Part shown: piece after piece, positions 1-9,717 of the stretch
How the letters are laid out: each line of letters starts with the position of its first letter
Position numbering within the stretch: position 1 is the stretch's first letter
Source: an archaeon BMS3Abin16
Lineage (GTDB): Archaea; Hydrothermarchaeota; Hydrothermarchaeia; Hydrothermarchaeales; SZUA-236
DNA length: 34,655 bases
Direction of reading: 5' to 3'
Assembly: GCA_002923215.1 (NCBI GenBank)
Contig: BDTI01000150.1
Span: 1-34,655, forward strand
Notes under the pieces: generated by a model
Databases searched by the model: none
What the model was told of the DNA's origin: nothing
The model's input: the letters and a program-made list of their open reading frames with translations, nothing else
Position numbers and translations under genes: made by a program

Positions 1-2
1 TA

Positions 3-581
3 CTTGATAAGATCAGTGGCGAGCTAAATTTTTTGGGAGAGGTAGTGGTTGCGATAAAAAACCTGCCCACAATAAAAGAAGGATACACCGTGGTTCTTGC
101 AGGCATGCCAAACGTTGGAAAATCATCGCTTCTCCGGGGGCTCACACCTTCAACGCCTGAGATACAAACCTATCCCTTCACCACAAAAAACATCCTCGTA
201 GGCTACATCCCGGTTGGACCACGTGAAATCCAGATAATCGACACACCCGGCATACTTGACCGCCCGCTTAAAGACCGAAACCCAATTGAAAAACAGGCTA
301 TACTCGCGCTTCGAGAGCTTGCAGACATCATCCTATTCATCTTCGACCCAACTGAAACCTGCGGCTACCCTCTGAACTCGCAAATCAGCCTCTACCGTGA
401 AATCGAATCTAACTTTCAACGTGTAAATCCGATTCTGAACAAATCAGACATTACAAGTGAAAAAACAGCCCGCAATGTTGAATTAGAAATAGGTAAACCC
501 GCGTTGAAATGCTCAGCCATAGAAAACGATGTTGATGAAGTTAAAAACTTTATCCTTCAATCCTCGAAAAACAGACTGTAG
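3..581 (+). CDS. NOG1-family GTP-binding protein (5'-truncated by window edge)
   Basis: Frame is open from position 3. G1 GMPNVGKSS, G2 YPFTT, G3 DTPG followed by LDRP..RN.IE.QAILAL (NOG1 signature), G4 NKSD. Confidence 0.9.
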   Translation, partial: LDKISGELNFLGEVVVAIKNLPTIKEGYTVVLAGMPNVGKSSLLRGLTPSTPEIQTYPFTTKNILVGYIPVGPREIQIIDTPGILDRPLKDRNPIEKQAILALRELADIILFIFDPTETCGYPLNSQISLYREIESNFQRVNPILNKSDITSEKTARNVELEIGKPALKCSAIENDVDEVKNFILQSSKNRL

Positions 582-3493
582 TCAGGTTCTTCCATTGGCG
601 CGTATGTGCCCCAGATTACGAAGCTTTCTTTTTTGGGTTTGCCACCAAAGAGTTTTTTGATCTTTATTGTGGCCACATCGGACAGAACCATTACATTGTC
701 AAAATGTCGCTCAAGCTCGTCGGTTGCGAGATCCGGGGCAAGTGTTATAATGCTTGTTACGTTCCACCGTCTGAATCCTTCAACTTGTTTTTTCACAAGA
801 TCCAGGATTTCATCGGTGTTCTGATATTTCGCAAGGTCGGTGTAGATGTCGAGAACTATTCTTTTATGCACATCTTTAGAGTGTTTCTTCACATCAGCCA
901 CAACAGCCTGCTTCACCTGTATCAGGCTTGTTGAGATGATCTGGCGATCGTCTTTTTTGATCGGAATATGCACAACATTGTCTGTGTGCGTGCTCAGGTA
1001 GAGATCGATTATTGAAAGATTCTCTTGACTGTCACTTACGCGGTTGAAAAGATCCAGCAGGTCCTTTGATGACACACGTGACGTTGCGAAAATCCCAGGT
1101 TCACCCTCCTTCAAACCTTCTGAGATAAACATGAAGAGGACATCGTTTTTCGCACGCCGCTCCTCAGTAAGAAACAAGGTGGATGTGCCCTTGATAAACC
1201 CGCCGTAAAGCACTTCATCAAGCTCTTTTACACCGCTTGGAACCACATTTAAGACATCGGCGCGGGTAAATCCATAGAGTGAAAGCCTGGTTTTAACCTC
1301 TGTTTGAACCGCCTCGCGAAGCAGCATGCGGTTAAAAGGAAAGGTGTCTCCAAGCCCCTTAATATAGAGCCGCAGATACTTTAAAAAACCCTTTCTACCA
1401 AGCTCAGCCGCCAGGTTAATTCTCACACCCTCCTCTGTAAAGATGATGTTTTTAAAGAACTCATCGACAGCGACCAAATTTTTAACCAGGCTGCTGTAAT
1501 CCTCAAGGGAGAGAAAAGGCTTTATAGCATCGTTTATCCGGGTGATTGTGGTCTCCAAAAGCTTGGTGTAATATTTGTCAGCCTTGAAATCCTTTGCAAG
1601 CTCAGGAGGGAGGAGCAGGAGTTTTTCGCCAAGGAGTTTTTCAATCTCAGCTTTCACATCATCGTCAAAGGGCACAACGGGCACGCCTCCACGGTTTGCG
1701 GCAGAATCCATTTTATACAGCATTGCAACCGCAGCCGCAGACCTTGCCTTCTCATTCACCATGCTCAGATCAAAGGTTCGCTCAGGAGCATAGAACCTGG
1801 CCTTCTCAAGATCAGGGTCAATGTCCTTATAGGATTCTACAACATCGTCCCACATCTCCTCAAGGACATCTGTTCTGAAAAAATGCCCGGCCACATGGTT
1901 GAGTAGATCCATAATATCTTTTTTCTCAGTATATTCTTTAACGCGGAGTGTTGTTGTGGAATAGACATCGGCGATAAGGATTGTGAAGTATCCGAAAAAG
2001 ACTAGGCCGAAGAATGGGAACTGGGACAGCAAGCCTTCCGGAAACTGAATGTACATAACAAAAACAGTGATAAAGACTCCGAGGCCGGCGAAATAGGAAA
2101 GCGTTGTAATCACACCGCGCTCCATAAGCTCCTCAAAACCTTTGTGCGTGCGCCTTAGAAATGTAAAATAGAAGAGGAAGAAGATGCCGATCAGTGTGAG
2201 CGGGAAAAAGGGGTATCTCCCCAAAAACACATCCAGTGTTGTTGTCTTACCCTGTGTAAGAATCACCAAGAAAAAGATTGTAAAGAACAGGGAAAAAATC
2301 GACACGGCATATCGAGCAATGTCCAGGGGATTGGGTTGCACCTTAACATTCAGGTCTCTCGTGAGCTTTCTAATATCAAGGGTCGTTGTAATATAGAAGA
2401 GCATTGAAAGACCAAAAAAGACACTGAAAAGGATTTTATCCGTAAATTCAAGGGAGTGCCATAAGACAGCGGCAACAGAGAGGATATAGAATGACAAAGC
2501 GAGGTGCGCTGTTATTTCAGCTTTAATATAGTTCCAGTATCCAAGCGTGGTTTCACCAGCAAAAGTCCGTGTATATAGAAATAGGATTGCCGCCGGAACA
2601 AAGAGAACGGCGCTTATCACGAGTGCCCAGCCTGGGATCGCAACGACAATCCCTAAATCTTTGAGTGTGAAATAAAGTGAAATCGAAAGGAAGGCAAGTG
2701 TAAGCGCCGTCGCTATACGGATAGGGTCAATCGGTAGATATGCCTTCCACTTAGGCTGAATAGCAGAAGGATAATCAACCACAAACCTCAGAAATTGGGT
2801 AACCGTTACAATAGACAATGCAGCGTAAAAAAATACATAGTAATAGAGAGCATTTAGCACTTCAGAGGAGGGGACATTAAGGAGGATGAAAATAGTTATC
2901 AAAACAGATATAAGGTACGATAATCCTCCAACGCTCCCTATTAAAAATGGTCTGTATACAAATCCCAAATCAGAATATCGCCCAGATACAATTTTAATTA
3001 AAGAAATAAAGTAGAAGAAAATCACCAATGTGAGGGCGACATAAGGGAAAAGCACTCCAATATTACTTTTAGGGAAAGGGATGCCAGTTAGAAGTTTCAC
3101 TGAAAAAAAGATGAATAACGGAAAACCTGTAAAAGCAGGAATATACTCTCTTTTGAATATGTTCAATGATTTCAATATCGGAGCTGCTAGATTATATGTC
3201 GTTAATAGAACTAAAAAGTGAGATAGTATATCAAAAAAGATGATGAGTATAAGGTATGTGGTCGGTACACCAATTTGAGAGAATCTGTAGAGAAGTAAAG
3301 ACAATGAAATCGCTAAAACTGCCCCCCAATTATTCCCATAAATTATGTTGTCCCAAATCCCGGAATGGATACTCTTTTTCGTTTCTTTCATCATTGCATA
3401 CAAAGCAGCATGGTATTGAGATTGTAAAATGATATATAGAAGGATATATGAAGGGAATTCAAACAAAAATCTGCTATAAATGCCTCCAGCCAT
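557..3493 (-). CDS. Polytopic membrane protein with C-terminal degenerate KaiC/RecA-like ATPase domain
   Basis: First ~510 aa are successive hydrophobic helices. C-terminus has VPSGVKELDEVLYGGFIKGTSTLF (KaiC/RadA N-terminal motif), FISEGLKEGEPGIFAT, and a Walker-B-like RIVLD. The Walker A position reads TEERRAKN instead of GxxGxGKT. Confidence 0.8.
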   Translation of the reverse strand: MAGGIYSRFLFEFPSYILLYIILQSQYHAALYAMMKETKKSIHSGIWDNIIYGNNWGAVLAISLSLLLYRFSQIGVPTTYLILIIFFDILSHFLVLLTTYNLAAPILKSLNIFKREYIPAFTGFPLFIFFSVKLLTGIPFPKSNIGVLFPYVALTLVIFFYFISLIKIVSGRYSDLGFVYRPFLIGSVGGLSYLISVLITIFILLNVPSSEVLNALYYYVFFYAALSIVTVTQFLRFVVDYPSAIQPKWKAYLPIDPIRIATALTLAFLSISLYFTLKDLGIVVAIPGWALVISAVLFVPAAILFLYTRTFAGETTLGYWNYIKAEITAHLALSFYILSVAAVLWHSLEFTDKILFSVFFGLSMLFYITTTLDIRKLTRDLNVKVQPNPLDIARYAVSIFSLFFTIFFLVILTQGKTTTLDVFLGRYPFFPLTLIGIFFLFYFTFLRRTHKGFEELMERGVITTLSYFAGLGVFITVFVMYIQFPEGLLSQFPFFGLVFFGYFTILIADVYSTTTLRVKEYTEKKDIMDLLNHVAGHFFRTDVLEEMWDDVVESYKDIDPDLEKARFYAPERTFDLSMVNEKARSAAAVAMLYKMDSAANRGGVPVVPFDDDVKAEIEKLLGEKLLLLPPELAKDFKADKYYTKLLETTITRINDAIKPFLSLEDYSSLVKNLVAVDEFFKNIIFTEEGVRINLAAELGRKGFLKYLRLYIKGLGDTFPFNRMLLREAVQTEVKTRLSLYGFTRADVLNVVPSGVKELDEVLYGGFIKGTSTLFLTEERRAKNDVLFMFISEGLKEGEPGIFATSRVSSKDLLDLFNRVSDSQENLSIIDLYLSTHTDNVVHIPIKKDDRQIISTSLIQVKQAVVADVKKHSKDVHKRIVLDIYTDLAKYQNTDEILDLVKKQVEGFRRWNVTSIITLAPDLATDELERHFDNVMVLSDVATIKIKKLFGGKPKKESFVIWGTYAPMEEPDYSLFFED

Positions 3494-3525
3494 GGTTAAA
3501 TAGAGTTTATTGCACTATTATAAAC

Positions 3526-4695
3526 CTATTGTTTTTTGTATCTTTTTAATATGATCTTTTTAAGAATGGAATAATCTAGTGTCTTAAGATGATTCAACTC
3601 TTCAAGAGAAAAAAGGTCTGATACAATGCCGACCCTAATGAGATGATACGTTTTTTCCGTTTTTTTCCCGGTTTCATACAAAATTTTTGTCAGCACATCT
3701 GAATATTCAAAAAAGTTCTTACATTTTTCTTCGATGGTTTTTACATATGATTCTAGTCCCTTTCCGTGTACAGCATATTCAGCAGCAGATTGCCCTGCGA
3801 TATCACCACATAATATGCCGGGTAGGAAGCCCTCCACAAAAGGCTTGAGGTTCTGATTTGCCGCATCACCAACAAACAAAATATTTCCGTAATGCCATTT
3901 TTCAGTTTGAGGGAGAAAAGGAACCAATCCTTCTTTTTCCTTAATGATTAAATTCTCGCCACCCAAAAGATTGTTTACTTCAGGCAGTTCTAAGAAGTTG
4001 TCGTAAAATTCCTTAATAGAATCTTTTTTAAATAGAGCCGCCACCCCCACATTGGCCCTATTATTGGAAAGGGGAAAGATATACCCATATCCCCCTGGAG
4101 CAAAATCTCCGAAAAACATATAATCCAGATTAGAGTTTACTTTCACGCCACTTAATTCAAAACTATAAACATACCCTGTTTTTTCTAAATCAACTTCAAA
4201 GCCCAGCAGGTTCAAGACAGTTGAGTCTACACCATCTGCAGCAATCACGACTTTTGGCTTAATTTCCGTTTCTACATTATTTGTTTTTACTCTAACAGTA
4301 GATACATGGTACCCTTCACGAGTTTCAACGTCGATAAGCTCGGTGTCCAAGAGTAATTTTGCACCAGCTTTTACTGCGTTATCCGCTAGCCATTTGTCAA
4401 ACTTTTCCCTATTTATTGCATAACCGGACCACATCCCCCCTTTTCTTTCGATTGTTATGTCATCTACATTGAAAGAAATTCCATCTATCTTCCAGAGCAG
4501 CTGGTCTTTTGGCATTTTAAATGGCAGATGAGATATGAGATAGCTTCCAATACCCTCAGCACACTGCACCGGCACACCAACTTCCTTCTTTTTGTCTATG
4601 AAAATAGTCTTAGCCCCACCTTTGGCTGCAGCCCACGCCGCACTTGATCCAGCCGGCCCTGCACCAACCACCAGAACATCACATTCAATAGTCAA
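3526..4695 (-). CDS. Geranylgeranyl reductase family FAD-dependent oxidoreductase (paralogue 1)
   Basis: DVLVVGAGPAG FAD motif, PVQCAEG, R..FDKWLA, AADG, PGGYGYIFP, GDAA. Start placed at TTG 4695 (GGGAG upstream; N-terminus then matches the neighbouring paralogue MTIECDVLVVGAGPAG). Confidence 0.88.
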   Translation of the reverse strand: MTIECDVLVVGAGPAGSSAAWAAAKGGAKTIFIDKKKEVGVPVQCAEGIGSYLISHLPFKMPKDQLLWKIDGISFNVDDITIERKGGMWSGYAINREKFDKWLADNAVKAGAKLLLDTELIDVETREGYHVSTVRVKTNNVETEIKPKVVIAADGVDSTVLNLLGFEVDLEKTGYVYSFELSGVKVNSNLDYMFFGDFAPGGYGYIFPLSNNRANVGVAALFKKDSIKEFYDNFLELPEVNNLLGGENLIIKEKEGLVPFLPQTEKWHYGNILFVGDAANQNLKPFVEGFLPGILCGDIAGQSAAEYAVHGKGLESYVKTIEEKCKNFFEYSDVLTKILYETGKKTEKTYHLIRVGIVSDLFSLEELNHLKTLDYSILKKIILKRYKKQ

Positions 4696-4715
4696 TATAC
4701 GTTGTCTCCCTGAAG

Positions 4716-5846
4716 TCAATTGACACTCTTTCCACTTAACTGCCTTAAAATGGCATCTATGTCAGTCTTTTTATCTAGCTCAGTTATAATTTCTGCAATC
4801 AAGTCTAGATCGTCATTGGTTAGTGATTCAAAGACTCTCTCATATAGATAGGAGAGTCGTTTGTCAAATTTTTCCCGGACCATAGAATCATAGTTCTGCA
4901 ACAGTCCGAGGTCTTCTTCAAGTGCCCGCTTAATAGTTTGTCCTGCATAATAGCTGCTAACTATTGCCGAGGTCATCCCATATCCAAAAAATGGATCCAA
5001 TAATCCTGCCGCCTCGCCGATAAAAACCAGGTTTTCACTAACAAGAGAGTCAAGATCAAAGATTTGACCTTCGCCAAAGAATGGCGTCGAATCTTTCCCA
5101 ATCAAATCGGATACACTGGGATGTTTTAACATAAATGCTTGAAATGCGTCTTTAGCTTTTTGCTTCATATGCTCGGAGTCAATCACTATGCACGCCGTGG
5201 AAACCCCACTCTCCCCTGTTATAAGATAAAAATAACCTCCCGGTAACAGCTCAGCGTCAAAGTAAACGTTAGATGAATTAGGGTTTGTGTAGTTTTCTCC
5301 CGTAAGCCCATATCCGATCTTCTTTCGGCCTTCTGATTTTTTAGTGACAAATCGGTGAAACATTGAATTACCGCCGTCAGCAGCGATAACAACACAGGGT
5401 TTTATTCGTTTAACGTCTCCATTTATCTTGACAGTTAGAGAATCAATCTTTCCATCTTTCTCTAAAACATCCTCGATTTTTGAATTACAATAGACCCGGC
5501 AACCTGCCTCTTCCGCCTTTGCAACCGTATCCACTTCGAAGGAATCGCTATCAGGACCTCGCTTGAAGAAATATTCAGGTGAAGAGGATTCTAATTGAAA
5601 GTAGTTTCCAGAGGGCGGGTGCCACCGTGACGTGTAAACACGGTTTTCTACCTTTAGATTCAGCTCTTCAATTATTTTCGAAAGTTCGCCATCTGCGGAT
5701 GCATCTAGTTTAGTTTTTGTATGGCTTCCAACAGCCGTGTTTTTTTCCAGAAGTATTGTGTTCAACCCGTTTTTTGCACATATCAAAGAAACAACAGATC
5801 CTGCCGGCCCTGCCCCCACTACTAAAACATCGCATTCAATTGTCAA
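4716..5846 (-). CDS. Geranylgeranyl reductase-like FAD-dependent oxidoreductase (paralogue 2, divergent)
   Basis: DVLVVGAGPAG, AADG, PGGYFY, GEAAGLLDPFFGYGM. GAGGTG RBS before the TTG start. Confidence 0.85.
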   Translation of the reverse strand: MTIECDVLVVGAGPAGSVVSLICAKNGLNTILLEKNTAVGSHTKTKLDASADGELSKIIEELNLKVENRVYTSRWHPPSGNYFQLESSSPEYFFKRGPDSDSFEVDTVAKAEEAGCRVYCNSKIEDVLEKDGKIDSLTVKINGDVKRIKPCVVIAADGGNSMFHRFVTKKSEGRKKIGYGLTGENYTNPNSSNVYFDAELLPGGYFYLITGESGVSTACIVIDSEHMKQKAKDAFQAFMLKHPSVSDLIGKDSTPFFGEGQIFDLDSLVSENLVFIGEAAGLLDPFFGYGMTSAIVSSYYAGQTIKRALEEDLGLLQNYDSMVREKFDKRLSYLYERVFESLTNDDLDLIAEIITELDKKTDIDAILRQLSGKSVN

Positions 5847-5884
5847 GCACTTAGCACCTCAGGACTGATTTTAATCATAAAACA

Positions 5885-5893
5885 ATATATAAA
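5885..5893 (-). promoter_or_regulatory. Putative TATA box of the GGR-GGR-membrane ATPase operon
   Basis: Minus strand TTTATATAT about 40 nt upstream of the TTG start at 5846. Confidence 0.45.
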
Positions 5894-6104
5894 TCCTTTG
5901 CCGAAAATGGAAAAATAAACGTCGAAAACAGTGTTTTTAGGAAAAAATTTTCACCACACCCCCCCATTCTTACTAAAAAGCCAGGAAATCAAGCTACAAA
6001 CCACTGCCAAAACTTTTGAAAGTTCCTTGGAGAACACTCCGCCAGACTATAATATAAACCCAGAATGTGTAAGTTGATCTACAAACAAAAAGGCAAAAAT
6101 AAAA

Positions 6105-6638
6105 TCACTTCTCAGCAATCCTTTGCAGAACGTCTTTGATGCCCTTCAAGAGCACTGTATTCTCGCTTAGAATGCCGGTGTGTTCGTTCAGAATGCCGGA
6201 CTGTTCGCTTAGAATGCCCGTGTGTTCGTTCAGAATCCCTGTGTGCTCGCTTAGAATGCCGGACTGTTCATTTAGAATCCCCGTATGATCCCTCATTATA
6301 CCGATACCCACATCAAGCTTCTCGCCAATCTCCTCCCACTCGGTAGAAGCTATCTTAACAAACCTAGGCGGCAGGTCAATGTCCCTGGAGACCTCCCGCT
6401 TAACAACACCTTCGATCTCAGCCCCAATAGCCTCTGTCTTCTTCTCAACATCCTCAAAAAAAGAGTCTATTACATCATTCGCCCCTTCGATGATGACCTT
6501 CACAGTGCCGTCTATGTCATTAAATACAAAGCCCCTGAGCCGCTGAAAATTGGCAAGTTCTGTGATAAGCTCTCTGAGCCCAATGTCCTGAACTTTCCCC
6601 TGGATTACAACGTTATAGCGGTTAACCTGAACCTGCAT
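6105..6638 (-). CDS. Acylphosphatase-domain protein with C-terminal heptad-repeat coiled coil
   Basis: GKVQDIGLR (VQGVGFR-like), GFVFN..DGTVKVIIEG; C-terminal (H/Q)(T/S)GIL(N/S)E repeats. Confidence 0.85.
   Translation of the reverse strand: MQVQVNRYNVVIQGKVQDIGLRELITELANFQRLRGFVFNDIDGTVKVIIEGANDVIDSFFEDVEKKTEAIGAEIEGVVKREVSRDIDLPPRFVKIASTEWEEIGEKLDVGIGIMRDHTGILNEQSGILSEHTGILNEHTGILSEQSGILNEHTGILSENTVLLKGIKDVLQRIAEK
6162..6287. repeat. Six tandem 21-bp coding repeats
   Basis: ctcgcttagaatgccggtgtg / ttcgttcagaatgccggactg / ttcgcttagaatgcccgtgtg / ttcgttcagaatccctgtgtg / ctcgcttagaatgccggactg / ttcatttagaatccccgtatg. Confidence 0.95.
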
Positions 6639-6937
6639 AGAGTATAAAAAAGCAGTTCAAGAGTATTTATATCTTTCTTTATGTTCACCTTCCCCTGATA
6701 GGCTCTAGAAAGTTGAATTTTCGGCTATATTCAAGTATAAATTTCAGAGCATACATGACAAAAACGATTACAGCGCACACCGCCATGTTGCAGACGGCAG
6801 TTTTTGTCTCCGTCTAAACCTTTTACTGTATTAACCCATCCAATAAACGCAGGGTTATGTTTGTTTAAAACAGTTTGTTTCCGCGATGGAAAAATTTAAA
6901 AATAGAAAATAACATTAGTTCTATTAGGTGTATATGC

Positions 6938-7240
6938 ATGACAGATAAAAAAGATGAGAAAAAAGTGTATGAACAGTTGAAGATGCTCTGGGAGCAAAAC
7001 ATCAAGCCCCACATACTCTTCATAGTCCTTAGGACACATGAGGACGGGGAGTTCTACAGGGGAAAATGGTTTGTGGACCAAGGTTATAATCTTACCGAAG
7101 TCTACGACGCCATCGAGATCCTGGTCGCTAAAGGCGACCTAACACGGCAGGGGAAAAAAACAAGGATAACACCAAAGGGACGTAGGACACTCAAGCATGT
7201 AGACGAGGCCATCGAAAGAACCTCAGCAATCATAGGCTAG
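6938..7240 (+). CDS. Winged helix-turn-helix protein (putative regulator)
   Basis: AGGTG RBS at 6926-6930 before ATG 6938; EVYDAIEILVAKGDL...RITPKGRR wing motif. Confidence 0.7.
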   Translation: MTDKKDEKKVYEQLKMLWEQNIKPHILFIVLRTHEDGEFYRGKWFVDQGYNLTEVYDAIEILVAKGDLTRQGKKTRITPKGRRTLKHVDEAIERTSAIIG

Positions 7241-7416
7241 AGGCGCGGATGGAGGATCTGTTCTTTTGCCATAGACCAAGTGCACTGAGACATCTGGAAA
7301 GGATGACGCCTGCAGATTGATTTAAATATGTCTAAAAGGAGAATTATATAGTTTCAACTAGCCCTCATAGCTAAAAAGCAGCCATAGAGGGTTAGGAGAC
7401 GATAGTAGGTGAATGC

Positions 7417-9352
7417 ATGGTTGTGCGCTACATATTAGCTGTTTCTGTCCTGCTTCAATTTACTGCAGCTTTTTTAGCTTTGAAACTGATCCGAGTTACA
7501 GGGAGACGCGCGGCATGGATATTGATTGCAGCAGCCATTCTTCTCATGGCTGTCAGGCGCAGCATCACATTATACCGACTAGCCTCTGGACATGTGCTCC
7601 TCCAGCCCGACCCGACTGCGGAATTGGTCGCCCTGGTCATATCGGTGCTTATGGTGGCTGGGATAGCAAAGATTAGTTCGCTTTTTCTCTCCATCAAACA
7701 GTCGGAGGAGGCGCTGCGGGAGTCTGAAGAGAAATTTAGAGGTCTTGCTGAGAAGTCTCCCAACATGATCTTTATCAACATGAAAGGAAGGATCGTGTAT
7801 GCTAATGAGGCTTGCCAGGAGATACTTGGATACAGAAGAGAGGAGTTTTACTCTCCTGATTTTAATTTTCTCAGCTTGATCGCCCCGGAATGCGCGGATC
7901 TAGTTAAGGCAAATTTCGAAAGACATGCAAAGGGGAGGGAGGTGCCTCCAGTTGAATATACGCTTATCACCAAAGAGGGTAAAAGAATCGTGGGGCTGCA
8001 CACGACAAAACTGATACGATACGAAGGCGAAAGTGCTGTTCTCGGCATAATCGCTGACATCACCGAGCGCAAGCGGGCTGAAGAGGAACTGCGCAGAGTA
8101 AACCGGGGACTCAAGATGCTCAGTGCATTCAACCAGACATTGGTGCGCACCATGGACGAGCCCAGTTTACTGCGCAACACATGCCGCGTTATAGTTGAGG
8201 TCGGGGGATATCGATTTGCCTGGATCGGATTCGCCGAATCTGATGAAGAAAAGACTGTGCGGCCGGTGGCACAGGCAGGCTACGAGAAAGGCTATCTCGA
8301 TACAGTACACATTGTTTGGTCAGATACTGAACAAGGCCGCGGCCCCACAGGCACAGCTATCCGCACAGGTAAATCGATTGTTTGTAAAAAGATGCTAACT
8401 GATCCGCGGTATTCTCCATGGCGCTCTGAAGCGAGCGAGCGCGGATATGCATCGTCGATTGCCCTTCCTTTGATTGCTAGAGACCAAACCCTTGGAGCAT
8501 TAAACGTTTATGCAAGAGAGCCGGATGCCTTTGACTCAGAGGAGGTAAAGTTACTAGTGGAACTGGCAGACGATCTGGCCTATGGCATCATGGCACTTCG
8601 CACGCGCGCTGAGCATGAGCGCTCTGAAAAAGCATTGAAAACAGCCTGGCAAGAGCTGAAAAGCCTGGACGAGTTGAAAAGCAACATCATCACAAATGTG
8701 GGTCACGAGCTGCGCACTCCACTGACCATAGCCAACTCTGCCCTGGAGCTTGCAAGTGACGAAGAAGACCCAAAAGAAAAGAACATGCTTTTGAAGATGG
8801 CTGAAAATGCGCTTTCGCGACAGAACATTGTTGTGGAAAATCTCATAGAGGCTGCGAGCATGAAGCCTCATAAGATGAAGTTACCACCTGCTCCAGTGAA
8901 CATGGATCAAATCATAACCTTAGTATGTGATGAATTCATACGTACACTTAAAAAACATGATCTAACGATAGAGCTCAGAGTAGAGAAGGAGCTGCCCCTT
9001 GTTAAAGCGGACAACACAAAACTTAAACTCATCTTGCGAAACCTCCTGGAAAATGCGATAAAGTTCAATAAAAAAGGCGGGAAGATAGTCCTCAATGCAA
9101 GGAAAAAAGATGGCGTGGTAGAGGTCTGTGTGAGAGATACTGGCATAGGTATTCCGAAGGATGGATGAGCAAGAGAAGATCTTTGACCGCTTGTATCAAA
9201 TGGACAGCTCCACAAGCAGGGTCTACGGAGGCATCGGCATGGGGCTTGCAATAGCCAAAACGATAGTTGAAGGATTCGATGGAAAATTGACAGTGTCAAG
9301 TGAACCTGGGGAGGGGAGCAGTTTTTGCTTCACCCTGCCGATCTATGAATGA
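7417..9352 (+). pseudogene. Membrane PAS-GAF sensor histidine kinase, frameshifted within the HATPase domain
   Basis: Three N-terminal TM segments, PAS (..DITERK), GAF (GPTGTA..GALNVY), H-box GHELRTPL, N-box NLLENAIKF, G1 DTGIGI; F and G2 boxes (IFDRLYQ, GGIGMGL) are in another frame (9161-9352) after AAGGATGGATGAG. Confidence 0.88.
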
Positions 9353-9368
9353 TGAGCAAGGGCTTATC

Positions 9369-9491
9369 CTATACTTGAAGGCCGATTAGATATAGGATAT
9401 AGATGATAATTCCACTTATGAGAATATTGTAGACAGCAGTTGCTTCAGCCTTTTTTCGTTTCCAACAAACCGCACCCACACCATTTATCAT
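9369..9491 (-). CDS. Putative 40-aa single-TM microprotein
   Basis: Hand translation MINGVGAVCWKRKKAEATAVYNILISGIIIYILYLIGLQV; TTTATA box at 9516-9521 (minus) 24 nt before the ATG, with an A-rich BRE-like stretch upstream. Confidence 0.5.
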   Translation of the reverse strand: MINGVGAVCWKRKKAEATAVYNILISGIIIYILYLIGLQV

Positions 9492-9503
9492 GCTAAATAA
9501 TAT

Positions 9504-9517
9504 TATCTATATAGATA
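9504..9517. promoter_or_regulatory. 14-bp perfect palindrome abutting a TATA box (possible operator)
   Basis: TATCTATATAGATA; low complexity, so chance occurrence is possible. Confidence 0.35.
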
Positions 9518-9717
9518 TAAATAATTTTTCCAACTCCAAAAGTCCCCCATGCATTCCGAATGGCTGAAACCTGTATTTATGCTCCGTTGTACATTAGCCA
9601 AAGGATTAGAAGGGCTGCGCCAAGATTTATGAGGATATTTTGGACTGCACTATCTTGAGCTTCCCCTCGCTTCCATAGATGATGACCCATACTCACACAC
9701 CACAGGAGAATTGAGGA

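Noticed and set aside
557..581. 25-bp convergent overlap of the GTPase and membrane-protein genes
   Set aside because: Short 3' overlaps are common in compact archaeal genomes.
6162..6287. 21-bp repeats as a mini-CRISPR
   Set aside because: No spacers; in-frame coding repeat.
9164..9360. GATGAGCAAG occurring at 9164 and 9351, flanking the detached kinase C-terminus
   Set aside because: Only 10 bp, and the enclosed DNA is the kinase's own 3' end, not an insertion; probably chance.
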